From: Blepharisma stoltei ATCC 30299
Lineage: Eukaryota > Protista > Ciliophora
Assembly: GCA_965603825.1 (NCBI GenBank)
Contig: CBFDEM010000014.1
Location: 1 to 64,000 of the forward strand
Direction of reading: 5' to 3'
DNA length: 64,000 nt
Part shown: one piece after another, positions 11,820-24,859 of the stretch
Numbering within the stretch: position 1 is the first letter of the stretch
How the letters are laid out: the number at the start of each line of letters is the position of its first letter
The notes under the pieces: model-generated
What the model saw: only the letters and a program-made list of their open reading frames with translations
Database searches by the model: none
What the model was told of the DNA's origin: nothing
Made by a program: the position numbers and the translations under genes

Positions 11820-13522
11820 GTTAATTCTTCCATTTTCGACGAATCGAAGTATTTTTTCATTTTTACAGTCAATTCCTTAGCTTCGTCAATTTCATTGACT
11901 CCTACAATCAGGTTCCCAATCACAATGCTGAGCTCTCCTACCAGCTTGATATCCTTAGCAGAGATGCTACCAGAAATTTTATTGCTGAGCTGCAGGATTC
12001 CTACAATTGTGTCGTTCGGACCAGGCAGACAAGACATTATTAGTGAAGAAACGTCAGATGCGTTAGCAATATTGTCGACTTCTGGATTATATAAGTTCTT
12101 TTTCTTTACATTTTCATACACCTTCATGCTGCGGCTCTTAAACGTTTCTCCTGACAATCCCATTGTGGCTGGAAATCAGACTGTATCACTGGAATATTTT
12201 TCAGCCCCAAGCCTTGAGTATGCGAAACTGAAAAATTCCTTCTCAGACTTGTCCACAAAGATTATCCCAGCTGTGTGAAACTCGAAGAATTTTGGCAAAA
12301 TTGCGTCAATTGTGTTAGCTAAGGCTTGGTGGCTTCTTGCTTTTGATAAAGCAGCGATAACTGCTGACATGTCTTGCAGCTGCACTTGAAGCTTGGTTTC
12401 TTTATCTTTCAATAAAAACTGCTTTAAGCAGCTCCTTACTTGAAGAAGCACTATCTTCAGCACCCTGGAATCTTGCAAATCAAAGCCTTTAGAAGAGTTT
12501 TGGCATTGGACTGCTATAATAGGGTGCTTATGTATCATAATAGGTTCCACAATTTCTTCTGGTGTCCTAATCCCAGGGATCAGCTCAGAGCTTTTCGCAA
12601 AAACTGGGGAGCTGCTATCAGCCGATGGGTCTGTATGTATAAGGATCCATGAAGTTCCTAGTAAAACTCTGTTAATAGAATGGAAATTACTAAAAAAGGT
12701 TGTGTAAAGTTGCTGAATAATCGGGCTTATAAGGAAAATTGTGCATCGTTCGCAGGAAAGAATAGATTTACAAGTTTTGGCCAGATGTGACAAAAGAGAG
12801 TGAAACGTTTCAGAAGAGGAGATTTCAGAGATGCTAGATTCCAGCATTGGTAAGATCCGATGAAGAGGCTTATCAAAGCTTTTAGAGCTCATCCCTGTCC
12901 CTGGCGGCTTGTAGCTATCAACAAGTCCATTTTTAATATTCGGCAGCTGAGGCGGAAAATTGTCTTGATAAGAATTTGATAGCGACTCTGTGAGGGCATT
13001 AAACCTTGGAGTCCCTGTCATATCTCCAATGATTTTTCTATACCTTTTAATGCTTCCTTCTAGCTTTTTGTTTTCCAAAATCAGCTGCTCTGCTTTTCTT
13101 TTGGCTTTTTCAGCTTCCATTCTGTTTTTTTCTACCTCAGCTTGGCTCTCTATCAATTCTTTTTTAAAATCGGCCACTATGAGCTCCTGCACCATATAGT
13201 GCATTTCTACAGGGTCAATCTGCAGTTTCTCCTCCAGCAGCTTTCTGTTAATTTTCTGCATTTTTGCCAACTGCTCAGAGATTTCCCTCAGTTGCTTTTC
13301 CAGCAGCTTGATGCGTTCTTGACTTATCTTTTGGTAAGTCTCGAATTCTGGATTCACCGGCCTAATGCAGTTACTCCTCGAGTCCAATGACGCATTTCGG
13401 TTTTTCAAGGACCTTGACTCTTGCGGAAACTCCATTGTAGTCGCTCTCACTGACTCATAAAACTGGTGGGTCGGCTTCAGCTCGTTGCTTCTGTTCAGAT
13501 CTTTAATAAACGACGTCCTCAT
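11816..13522 (-). CDS. Coiled-coil + tandem GAF-domain protein; TGA=Trp at 12176
   Basis: Coiled coil, then GAF-like motifs (LSCERCTIFL, IVGILQLSNK, KDIKLV). Start taken at MRTSF (13522) because the further-upstream ORF overlaps the divergent TBC gene. Confidence 0.8.
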
Positions 13523-13559
13523 GGCACTATTATCAATTTTTAAGTAGCAGGATATATAA

Positions 13560-15354
13560 ATGGATTCTTCATGTGACTTAAGGATGGACATTTGGAAGGT
13601 AGTGCCAATATAGAGACTTTTATCTGATGGCAATGTGAGACGGCTGAGCCACGAAAAACCTCAAGGAGTCGTGAATCAGCACATAGTTGAAGCTGACATT
13701 CATAGAACTCGTCCTCATGATTTGACTGAAGAAGAAAAAGAACTGCTTGAACTATGCCTGTTGAATTATTGCAAAGAAGAAAATATCAGCTACAGACAAG
13801 GACTGAATGAGCTGATAGCGCCCTTTATTCTTATGAACCGACTTTGCCAAATTCCCAGTCATGTCGCTTATGGATTTTTCAAAAGTTTTATGCAGCTCTG
13901 CCTCCCTACTATGTTCCGCGACAATGTAAGCTTCTAATTAGGAACTGAGACCTCTGCAAGCTCTTTTTTTGACTTTCCGCTTACTTTTGAGGTACCACGA
14001 TCCCACTCTCTGCGCTTTTTTATTTATGAATGGAATTACACCTGAACTGTTTGCGACCAGCTGATTTCTAACGCTTTTTTCCTGCAAAATAAACAACATT
14101 AAGTCAGTATATTATCTGTTTGAAGAGCTAGTTGTAGAAGCAGACCCTCTGTTTCCTGTGTATATAGGAATGTCGTTCTTACAAAAATACAAAAATGACT
14201 TGTTATCTACAGAAGAGGTGCTTCTGCCCCAGACCATATGTGGGATGTCTCTTGAAGACGAAGAATGCCTAAAAGAAATAATTGTTAATTCGAGAGAACT
14301 GAAGAGAAATATGCCTTACTCTGTCCAGCTGTATTTTTCTGAGATCAATATCTTCGATTTGAGCACCATAAGTGATTTGATTGAAGACTTAGAAACTGAG
14401 TTTTGTCTGTCAGTAGATCCCAGAGAAATCCTACAGAGGGCGTACCCTGAAGGTAAGGTCTGCAATTGCTTGCAAGGATGCGAGTGGTGCATGCACAGAG
14501 AGCGCGTCGCTCTCCTTTTGCTTGATGTCAGGACTGCAGCAGAGCAGCATGCAGGAGCCATTCCGAACTCGTTGCCGATCAATGAAGACGCGTATAGTAA
14601 TAGAGAAATAATGCTGGATTTCCCTGACCAGTTTTTAGATATGAGGGGAGTGGTTCATCTGTGTCTGATTGGCAGGAACAAGTTTAAGTCCAAAACTTTT
14701 GACCTGGGACATAGTGACTCTTCTTTGAGCGCGGACCCAGTAGAAGACATGATCCATAATTTGTTGCAAGCTTTTATAGTCAAGGGATTCCCTTATATCA
14801 GCTTAGTTGATGGAGGGTTCTTTGAATGCCATGAGCTGGCTAAAGAATGTGAACTGCGCATTGACGAGCACGATGAAAAAAAATGCCTTGCCTGCAAAGT
14901 ATCGAGAACTTCTGACGTAAAAAGCCGAGCTTCATCACGATCTGGGGAGTCCAAAGAAACTGAGGTCACTTCGCAGTCTAGGTCACTAAGCGACCCTTCA
15001 AGTCTAGACAAAATAAAAGCTGACCCAACAGCAGCCGTTTACAGCTGCAAAACTTATGATAAAGATCTTGATAAGTCTTCTTCTGAAGAATTCTTACTGA
15101 TAGTTACCAAAAATTTCATTTATCTTGGAATGGACGAAGACAGGAAGAAAGGGAGAAAATCACAAATTGTGGAGCAAATGAAGCTGGAGAACTTGTCCAA
15201 AATTAAGTCTTATAGTAAAGACGCAAAAGTGTTGACACTGTTTTTTGAAGGTACGAAAAGGCTGTTTTGCTATATGCTCAACTCTCAGAGCAATGCAAAA
15301 GATTTTATTAAACTCACAAAAAAAAATTATGCTGCTTTGAAAAGGAGTTTTTAA
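13560..15354 (+). CDS. TBC (Rab-GAP fold) + rhodanese-like + C-terminal PH-like protein (TBC1D23-like); introns 13599-13613 and 13926-13941; TGA=Trp at 14062
   Basis: LRMDIWKRLL, IVEADIHRTR, YRQGLNELIAPF, LLRYHDP, FATS(W)FLTLF; rhodanese LLDVRT..AGAIPNS and LVDGGF. Confidence 0.88.
13599..13613 (+). other. 15-nt intron GTAGTGCCAATATAG
   Basis: Joins IWK to RLL of the TBC motif; removes an in-frame TAG. Confidence 0.85.
13926..13941 (+). other. 16-nt intron GTAAGCTTCTAATTAG
   Basis: Its removal shifts into the frame that continues the TBC domain. Confidence 0.88.
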
Positions 15355-16062
15355 GTTGTATGATTTCAAATAGGTTCTAATTAGACTGCATTTAAATAAT
15401 GCATTGTAAGCACTCTAATAATATATATATTATCCAATTTATATTTGATAAAATTTTCAATAAAGCCTATTGATAAAAGGAAATAAGTATTAATCTATCT
15501 CCATTACAATTAAAATCTGAAAATGCTATTGTAAATGCAAATTGTTTAATAAATATTCATTTTAAAGTAATAAATATAATGAATAAATAATGTTAAAACT
15601 TAAAAAAATCGTTCAAAAGTTCTGAAACCTTGAGGTAATAGAAATCCTGCTGAAGAAATAATAATCTTTATATAATTAGCTTGAACTTTTTCTCTATTAG
15701 TCTCATTCTATATTTAGGGCTGAATATTTTCCATTATTATATTAGATTTCAGACTATCCCTTTCATAAATTTTCTTAAAACAATAAATGTAGTGTTCTTT
15801 TATTATCTAAGGAAGCCTCACTTTGTTTCTCTAAAAGACAGAGTTTTTATTTTTCTGAAATTATTTATATAATAAATTATTGTATTCTTAATTTTTATCA
15901 AGTATTTAAATATATTAATTGATCAAATATATATCAGGTTCTTCAAAGTTTTAATTCTTTTTGATTTCTATTTGCTTGTAATTCTTTATAAAATTATATC
16001 TAATTTCTGGGCCTGTGCTGCCCTCTCTCCCTCTTATTAATTCAATAAATTTTATTATTAGC

Positions 16063-16716
16063 TTATGATTCTATCTCTTCAATTTTATTTAATTTCTCGT
16101 TGATCTTATGAAGATGGATCGATACGTTCAAGTCTCCATGGTAAACTTTCTTCATAGCACTAACAATCTCCTTGATTACTTCTTCTCTAGCTTTTTGCTC
16201 AGCGTAAGCTACCCTTCTTATGTCTTCTCCTTGGCACCTTTCGACTGCGAGCCCTGCTTGCTTTAGCTTCTTCATCTTTTTGGCCAAATTAATGACATAA
16301 GTGAGCTGTGACCTATCGGATTTCGGCCCTTGTGACTCAGCTCTCTCACAGATCTTCTCTCACTCTTCAATAATGTGACGTGGGAAAACTTGCCTGTCAT
16401 CCCAGACCTTCAATACTTTTCTGATATCTTGGATACTTCCAGGGTTCGTGGCAGATACTGTTATGGCTCGTGGGAGGGAAAATTGGAACATTGCTTTGAG
16501 TGTTTCGTTTCGAGCATTTTGGATTATGTCGTTTGCTAAGAAAAGCAGCGCAATCTTTTGATTGCTTGTTTCTATTGATTTTGACCATAAGTCAACTATT
16601 GTCTGCATATGGTTTGGATGAGTATAAAGAAATTCTTGGCATCAAAAGGAAGTGGAATGGATACGCTCCTGAGTTGGATCTAAGCGGTCTAATAGTTCTT
16701 TAAATTCAGAAACCAT
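16063..16716 (-). CDS. CTD-interacting domain (CID/RPR) protein, RPRD1/Rtt103-like; two TGA=Trp
   Basis: LDPTQERIHSTSF(W), IALLFLANDIIQN, RKVLKVWDDRQVF. Confidence 0.88.
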
Positions 16717-16801
16717 ATTTATATCACAAAAATCGTGCTCAAAGTGAGAAAATTGAAATTGCTAAAACTATCTAGACTATTTTAATTATAAAAAGATTGC
16801 A

Positions 16802-17668
16802 TTAATATATACCTTTTGCTGCCAGCTCTTCCTTTACTCTTGTGAAATAAGTTTCATCAGGATATCCAAAATTCGGTGGACCTCCATCAGGGGAAGTTTT
16901 ATGATGAATCCCATTCCATATCACACAATTGTCTCTTCCAGTTGTCACACTTCTGCCAATCGTGAAAGTCAGTTTCCTCTCAAAAGCGATTTGAAGCAGC
17001 CTTAGAACTTCGTTGCCTTCAGGATTATCAGGTAAAAAAGCAACTCTTGCAGTGCCTCTGTACCGTTTTCCGTTTCTTGTTCCATTTGGGAACTCATAGT
17101 TAATTTGAAAAGTCGCGCAGTTATCATAGCCATCTAATGGCATAAAATTTTCAATTCTGATTACAGTCATTGTGCCAGGAGGCATATCCCCCATCATGAC
17201 TCCATATATTGCTCCACAAACTGGACATCGCACTGAGTCAGACTCCCCTCTGCAGTTTTCAATGCACCCTTTATGATAAAAATGTTCTCCGCATCTGCCT
17301 AGTTTAATAATTTCCCCATTATCACTAGGCTCAAAGTCACATAAACAAATAGTGCATCTCTCGTTTTCCTTTTCAGAAAGGTAGCCTTCTTTATGCTGTT
17401 TTTCTGCAATTTTTTCGACTTCTTCATAGGAGTATTCAACTCAATTCGTGACTTTAGAGGTTTCTAGACGGGCTGAAGTCTGAGCTGAGTCTTGGGTAAC
17501 TTTTACTTGGAAAAACAATTGAGGAGGAATCACAGGAGCAGGGAAGCCATTTAATTCATAATAGAGTGATAAAGAAAGGTCAACATCTCCTTGTGTGCAT
17601 TCTAGGATAGCTTTTGCGTCTTCTGTTGAGATCTGAGTAATAGCTTTAATAGTTTCTATAGGATCCAT
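16802..17668 (-). CDS. Deltex-family RING-H2 E3 ligase with DTC domain and N-terminal UBA-like segment; TGA=Trp at 17441
   Basis: CTICLC..CGEHFYHKGC..RCPVC RING; GDMPPGTM, FTIGRSVTTG, WNGIHHKT, FGYPDETY. Confidence 0.93.
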
Positions 17669-17790
17669 TTTACTATGACCCTCCTTAATTATTTTTCAAG
17701 TTCTAATCAAGAAAATTCTATAAAATAGCAACCCTAACATAATTAAAATTTGGAAATAATGGTTTATGAGTTACTCACTGAAAAGCGCAA

Positions 17791-18522
17791 CTAAAACTTC
17801 CAGCTATGATCGCAATCCAAGCACTTCACAAATCTACATATATCTTACGTTGTCATAGGCTCATCAGCTGACCTAGTCTGCATCTGCGACATAATTGTTT
17901 TGTCAGACTTACACTTTCCACACTTGAACATCCCGCTTTTTTGTACATTGTTCGCAAGCTGCCAATCTGACCTATAGCTGTCCTTCAGGGAACTTTCTAG
18001 CTTCTTCCTTTCTTCTTTGGTCTCTTCAGTCGCCATGTCGCGCGGGTTCATCCTCACGAGATCCTGAGGTGAAATTCTGCCCTCTTGGACTGAAAGTTTA
18101 AGGTCAGGATTTTTACTGAGATTAAATTTAAGAGATCGGGCTTTTGCTGCGTATCCTGCTCTGTCGACTGAGGAATTGAGCTCTTCTTCAATTTGGAAAG
18201 CAATGTCTCTGTCTCCGAGCACCTCAGTAAGCATTGTCACTACTTGATCTCTGTGCCTCTCAATGTGGGCAGGCTGAGGAGCTGCCTTTTTCTTGGCGTG
18301 GACGACGTTTTTCCACTTTTCGATGAGCTCGCGAGTTTGAAGCTTCAGGCTTGGGAACTTTTTCTCGATTCGTTTAACTGTTTTGCCGATTTTCGTTTCT
18401 TTCAGCTGCTCGAAGGTGATGGAGAGTGGCTTTAAGGCAGAAAGAATGTCTTTGGCTGTGTCTTCGTCGCTGTTTCTGAGCCGAACTTGAAGATCTTTAA
18501 GGGTATCTGTGCTTTCTGCCAT
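17791..18522 (-). CDS. TCEA1: Transcription elongation factor TFIIS; intron 17834-17848
   Basis: LKETKIGKTV N-domain; CGKC..[24 protein letters not shown] zinc ribbon after splicing. Confidence 0.95.
17834..17848 (-). other. 15-nt intron GTAAGATATATGTAG
   Basis: Restores the invariant ADEPMTTF motif. Confidence 0.95.
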
Positions 18523-18652
18523 TACTTCACAATGATTAATTTGCAAGTAATGTAAATTTTAGGTAATATAAAGTATATAAGGGCTAAATATTTTTCTTAA
18601 AGTTGAATAATTCTTAATATAACAACTTAGAATTGGCACATTTATGTAAAAA

Positions 18653-19216
18653 ATGAGTGCAGATCAAAGGAAGGATTACTACGAACAAGCTTTGATTCAA
18701 TGCTTCTCAATGGCTTATAGCTCTAAATATATAATCCAGAATAACGATCAACTTGACCTTGACTATGATAAAATGCTTAAGAATGCATGGTATAAAATCT
18801 ATGGAATTTTATTTGGAGCAAGCGTCGGGATCTACTATCTCGATCGATATATAAAGCAGAGGCATCAAAAATACATAACATTCAAAAGGTTCACTGCATT
18901 TGGACTTGGACTATCAGCCTCATGAATAGTTATATCAAAAGCAGTTCGTTCTCAATCAGATTCAGAATTAACTATGAAAATTGCTAAAAGATATGAAGAC
19001 CAGCTGCAGTCCTTATATCCAGAATTGAGAACACTTTATGATCAAACTTTTGCCCAGCCATTACCAATTATCCCAGGCAATCCACTGTGGGGGCAGCCAA
19101 GTTCTGGACAAAGTGGACAATTTAATGGAGCCTTTTTCCCACAAGGCGCGGGGATGCCAGGGTTTCCGAATCAAGGAGGACAAAACAGATTCCCTGGTCC
19201 TGATAGAAAATTTTAG
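18653..19216 (+). CDS. Hypothetical two-TM membrane protein with a P/Q/G-rich tail; TGA=Trp at 18923
   Basis: Two in-frame ORFs joined by a single TGA. Confidence 0.75.
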
Positions 19217-19307
19217 ACTTAAGGCTAACGCGAAATCATAAGCAAATTATTTAAAAAATTTAATTATATTATTTCAGTTAAGGCTATGCCTTAATAAGAT
19301 ATGTATA

Positions 19308-22300
19308 TTATAAATAAGGCAATTTTATTCGATTTCTGATGAGAATTTTCTTTTTGGATTTTGAAGTATCCAAATCTGCCAAAGTTTTATCGTAAGACAT
19401 CGTCAAGTCAATACCTGGCTGGAATGGAGGACCAAATTTTCGCTTGATCAGTCGGTTATCAGGCTGAGGAGTTTGGCTCATTAGCTTAAGTCTTGGCTTT
19501 TGGGTAGCAGCCAGTCTTGTTTGGACCTTTGCCACTGGAGAGAGTGAATGCACTTCCCATTTTGAAGAAAAATCGAATCCTGGGCTCTGGCCATCTGGAT
19601 TTTTCTTAAAAGGCTCAATTTTGTTTTTTAAAATTCCAAACTTCGGCTTTACATGTTTTATATTTGTCGCAAGGGAGTATCATACGTCATGAATATTATT
19701 GGCAATATCCACATTCCACCCTGTCCTTACTGCACGATTTCTTAGCCAAGCTTGCATAAACTTTTTTCATCTATTTATGATTAAATTGTGCTTATGCTTT
19801 ACTGCTCTAAGTGGGAACTTTTGTATAGTTTTGGCGAGCTCAAATATGCTTTTTGTTTCAAACATTCCAATGACATAATCTTTCTGAGGCTCATACAAGT
19901 CAGTTCCTAGCAGCCCTCTTAAATATATAGAAATTTCGTCTTTTTCTCCATTTTCGATTCTTCGTTTAATTACGCCTTCTCATAGCTTTTTCCCAGCTGC
20001 ATTGTCAACTGCTTTAAGTCCGAGTTTTTGGGCTTCAATTTGGTATTCAATTTCATAGGTATTTACAGCGTCGGTGGTTCTGCCTGTAGCTTCTTTGACT
20101 CAGTTGTAATATTCATCCTCAAACCCTTTTTCTTTGATAAGAGATTTATACTTATTTAGACTTTCTACACAGAAATCTTTTTCCATGTCTGATGGGGCAT
20201 CGGAGACTTTTTGGTCTCTTTTTTTATCCCCTTGTGATTTCTTTAACAGTGATTTAATCATTTTACCATAAGCATTGGAAAAGTCCTCCATTTGAGATTC
20301 TACATCAGTCTGAGTGAAGCTTGTTTCTTTTTTGGTAAAATAGGATCGCAGTAGTTTTAGTATTAAATTTTGGACTTTTATTCCATCAATTTCGAGATGT
20401 AAGAGATCTCTTAGCGAAATAGAATAGGTATATTTATCACTCAATTTTGCATTTTTTTGTAGAATGCTGAAAAGCATATCTTTAAAGCTTCTTACTTCAC
20501 CTGGAGTTTGCAGGCGTGTCACCATATTCATTTGAGATGGCTGATGCCCCAATAGCTGTGAAGAGGACTCAATCATTCGTGATCTTGTATCTATTGAAGC
20601 AGGAGCAGTGCTATTATAATCCTCCATTTCACTTTCTTCAGAACATGAAGGGACATCCATAACCTCCTCTGCGAAATTTCTAGGTTCCACAGAGCTCCTA
20701 GGCTCTGTAAAATTCAAGGTGTCAGTAAATTCTAATGGCTTATCAATATACTCATCGCTAAAATTCTCATTTTCTGAATTTTCGGTCTGATAGGTTTCTT
20801 GCACCCTCAAATCATCAGTAGTCTCTTCAGGTGGCAGTGGCTCTGTGTTCATTTCGCTGTCTCTCTGAGAGCTTTGGCGGCTTGTATCGGGGGCACTATG
20901 CTTGTGAGACCTAATACCTTTATGATAACTAATATTTTCTATTACCCGAGGGAATGCAATTTCTAACGGCTGCTTGATAGGCACTTCGCCTTCATTTTTG
21001 GGTGAAATTTGCTCAATTCTGCTTAAAATTTGAGAATAATCAAGGTCAATTGATTCATTTTTGGCTTCCTCATCAATATTTTCTAAGACACCTTTGATAT
21101 CTAGTGAAGAGTACTCAAGGGAATCTAAGGATTTTTCTTCCTCTTCGGCTTCTAATTCAAGTTCTGATTTTATATCTTCTTCGCTTTCAACCTTTTTTGG
21201 TGGTGGAGCTTTAGGTTTTGTTGATTTATAGCTTTTTGACCTTTTTATTCGGGAATCAAAAATTACAGGATTTTCAATTTTAGGAGTTCTAGAGGAAGGG
21301 GCTGGTTTTGTATCAAATTTCAGCTGTTTAATATCCGGCTTGGGCTCTTTTAAATCTAGTTTCGGCTCTTTAGAGTCAGTCTTGGTATCTTTTGTTTCAG
21401 GTTTAATCTCTTTTGGCTCCATGGCTCTTTTCAGGACATTTTTCTTGCTTGTTTTTTTGTTTTTCTTTTCATTTGCAACTTGAAGCTGCTGCAGCTGTGC
21501 CATAGCAGTCTCATAGCTTTTTTTCTCTGCTTCTTGCAATATATCTTCTACTTTCAAATCTCCTAATAATTTCCCGATCCTGACCTTGGTCATTGAGTCA
21601 TTAGTCGTTAACGAAACTAAATTTAAAGACTCCCTGATATCATAAAATTTTTTTAAAATAATTTCTTGGGTCATACTTTCAGGGAATTTCCCCTCTGTTA
21701 GTTTTTCTGCTAATTTTTCAAATTTCAGCTTAGCCACATATGTTTTTGACTTTTCTCGATGCATATCTAGTAGCCTCGACTTATCAACAAGCCATAGAAA
21801 TGACGTGATAAGCTTTTCATTGTTATATCTCATCCCGGAGAATTTTTCATTAAGGTCTTTATTTTTTTCCATTACGATTTTCAGCTTGTTGTCAATTCCT
21901 CTGATAACTTTATCAGCTTGCACCAATTTTTTTTCTAAAATTTTTCTAGCTGCAAGCTGCTGCTTGATTTTTCTGAGCGCAGACGGCAAGTCAGTGATAG
22001 GTTCTTCTTTTTCAGCACTTCTCAATACAGCTTCCTCTTTTAAATAGTTTTCATATTGTAATGAATACTCATCTTGAAGAGTCATCTTAACTCTGTCAAC
22101 ATCTTCTCTGCTTTTTGTCCAAGCGTCATCTATATATTTTTCCAACTTTTGTATCTTTAACCCAGCCCTTTCTTTCATTCACATCAGTTTGTAAAGATAT
22201 TTCGAATCAAGGTGGTTGAATTTTCTCTCATGGACGATCATTTCTTCTTTCAGCAGTCTTTCCACCTCTACATGCTTGTTCCAAGTATCATGACTAATAT

Positions 22301-22808
22301 CCCTAATATCCAAAAAAAACTCTGGCTCATACCCTCCCATTTCAGTTAGAAGTCCAACGAGTTTGTCGCTTTGAAAACGTTTTGTGATCGCAAAGTCAAT
22401 TTTTTCTTTAATTTCTTTTTCAGATATAATTGAGTTTATCTGTGCATCTTTGTCAAGCATGATTGCAAGATTTTTGACTTGTTGCTGAATCTGTGTGTAG
22501 TTATTGATAAAGCTTTCGTACTGAGTCTGCGTCATTTCTTTGGTAAGGAAAATAGAGTCGTGCTGGTATTCTTTTCCGATTAAGCCTTTTTCAATATCTT
22601 TTTTCCGTTTGTCTTGTACAATATGATTTGTTACAATTGGGTACAGCTTTAGTAGGGCTTCGAGGATTATTTTTTGGGAGGACTTTTCGTGGATTATTGT
22701 CTGAGCAAACTGTTTTCTTCGCTCTTTTGCGTAATCGTTTTCTTCTGGTAGTTTATTCAAGATAAAGGATATGAAATACTCAGTTACGTTCTCTTTTAGT
22801 TCTTCCAT
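19308..22808 (-). CDS. Large hypothetical coiled-coil/low-complexity protein (~1166 aa, five TGA=Trp)
   Basis: ORFs 22179-22808, 20100-22178 and 19308-19553 share one frame separated only by TGA. Confidence 0.8.
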
Positions 22809-23003
22809 TTATAAGTTAATTACTTATAGTTTGAGTAAAATTGCTCTCTGCTTTGATTTTATTTATGCTTGAATACACAGATTGTCTTACTAATTATCTC
22901 TAAATTTAAGGAATAGTAATGGTAGCTTAATATTAAGGAATTTTATATTATTAAACCCTAAATTAGACGTTATTGCTGCCTTAAATCCTGAAATATTCTT
23001 ATA

Positions 23004-24239
23004 TTACTCATAAAACTCAGTTGGGTTATGTCGTTTTTCCATCCTGTCAGTAAAGTCGTTCGGGAAAAAATCAGGTGGGACATCTTGCCTTTGTACACTA
23101 GGAGCTCCTTCAAGTCTTCTGATATTTTCCAAGCACCTGATCATGGCTGTTTCCAAGTAGTCTCTTGTGTTCCTGTTTTCCAAAGTCTTGTCAGGGTCAA
23201 TATGCAAGTTATAGGACGGCCCGAAATACTGATAATAGTCATTAAAAGGGAGCTCGTTCGGGACTTCTTTTTCAAGCAGCACAGAAGTTTCATAAGTCCA
23301 ACACCTTGCCACGTTGGCCACTGTGTATCCTCCACCTCCCACGACCATCATAGGAAGCCCAAACCCTTTCATGAACTTTACACAGTTTCCATGGCCTCTT
23401 AACGTCAAGTTAAATTTCCCCAGCTTATCATGAGCAAGTGAGTCTGACCCACATTGCATGACAATTACATTTGGCTGGTAAAAATAGACGACCTCTCTCA
23501 TGATTGGCTGGAAAATCCTCTCATAACACTCGTCAGTCATCCCAGACTTTAATGGGATATTTAAACAGTGATACTTCCCCTCGCTTGCTCCACAGTCTTT
23601 AATGTCGCCGGTACCCGGGAAAAAGTTCCCAAACTTGTGGAAGGAGACCGTCATGACTCTATTGGTGGTGTAAAAGGCCTCTTCGACGCCGTCCCCATGG
23701 TGTGCATCGATGTCTATATAAAGAACCCTTTCATGGTACTTGAGTAATTCTAGGATAGCAAGGACTATATCATTGATGTAGCAAAACCCTGAAGCTTCCC
23801 CTTTTTTCGCGTGGTGGAAGCCGCCAGACCAGTTAATGCAGATGTCGGCCTCGCCTTGGTTCAGAGCCATTGCACAATCAATTGAAGCCCCAGCGCAGAT
23901 CTGAGAGAACTCGAACATGTTTTCAAAGACTGGACAGTCTTCTCTGGCGCGCTCGTGGTGCATAAAAAGCTTTTCACCCGAAAGTTCGGCCCTCTGAAGG
24001 AACTTTATGTGCTCTGGACTGTGAAATTGCATCATTTCTTCAGGGGTTGCATAGTGAGGACGCTAAATGAGGATTACATAAACATCCATTTGGCGGTATA
24101 GTTTGTACCCCAGGATTAGTTGGTGAGTCATACGGACACGGTGCGGCTTCATTGGATGGCCTTGCCCATAGTAAAAATTGCCTATATTTTCTAATTAGTA
24201 ATTACCGTCATAAAAATAAGCAACTCGTCTATCTCCCAT
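23004..24239 (-). CDS. RPD3: Class I histone deacetylase (Rpd3/HDAC1-like); introns 24191-24205 and 24063-24077
   Basis: [45 protein letters not shown]. Confidence 0.96.
24063..24077 (-). other. 15-nt intron GTAATCCTCATTTAG
   Basis: Restores MDVYRPH. Confidence 0.93.
24191..24205 (-). other. 15-nt intron GTAATTACTAATTAG
   Basis: Restores [15 protein letters not shown]. Confidence 0.93.
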
Positions 24240-24859
24240 ATTAATTTTATAAATGAGATAAGTTTAGGGGCTGGGAATGTGTATAGAAAAGTCTTGTAAG
24301 GCGTTTTGAAAAAGCAGTGGCAGAATTTGATATTAATTTATATGAGCAAGCATTTGAAGGATTAATTTGATGTAGATGAGGATAAATAATTATACTAATA
24401 GTGGCTTGCTTCATGCCAGTGCAGCTTTAAAAATTTAATATTATGCTTGAGAGCTCAATCTAATGAAATTGTTAATATTCTTAATCTATAGTAAAGCTTG
24501 TGATTATTTACAAAAGTAAAATATTTGCTTAATATGATGAAATTATCTTTTGTCTATGAAGTCTTACTGTAGTCAAAACTTTTGAATGCATAGTCATAAG
24601 TTCACACAAATTGGGCCTGCTGAATGATTTCAAGCTTAGGTCTTGGGCTTTTTAAAGAATTCTAGGGGCACTTTAAACTAGTTCTTAAAAATCTCACACA
24701 TTAAGCTTTTTGATTTTTAAGGGGACTTAGAATTATAACTAAGAATTATAATTGGGTATGCTATTTTCTTTTCAAAATGCGAAATAAGCACTTTTAATTA
24801 GCTCTATTATTTTCCTATTTAATGTTTTAGCTCCTATTTTAGAATAATAAAATTAAATC

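Noticed and set aside
13523-13633. 5' extension of the GAF ORF overlapping the TBC gene
   Set aside because: It begins at a non-ATG codon and is antisense to TBC exon 1; ATG 13522 is more parsimonious, although an in-frame ATG near 13591 cannot be strictly excluded.
14062-14064. TGA as selenocysteine
   Set aside because: TGAs fall at conserved Trp positions in non-redox proteins.
15681-15872. 63-aa ORF
   Set aside because: Non-ATG start and F/I/L-rich translation of AT-rich intergenic DNA.
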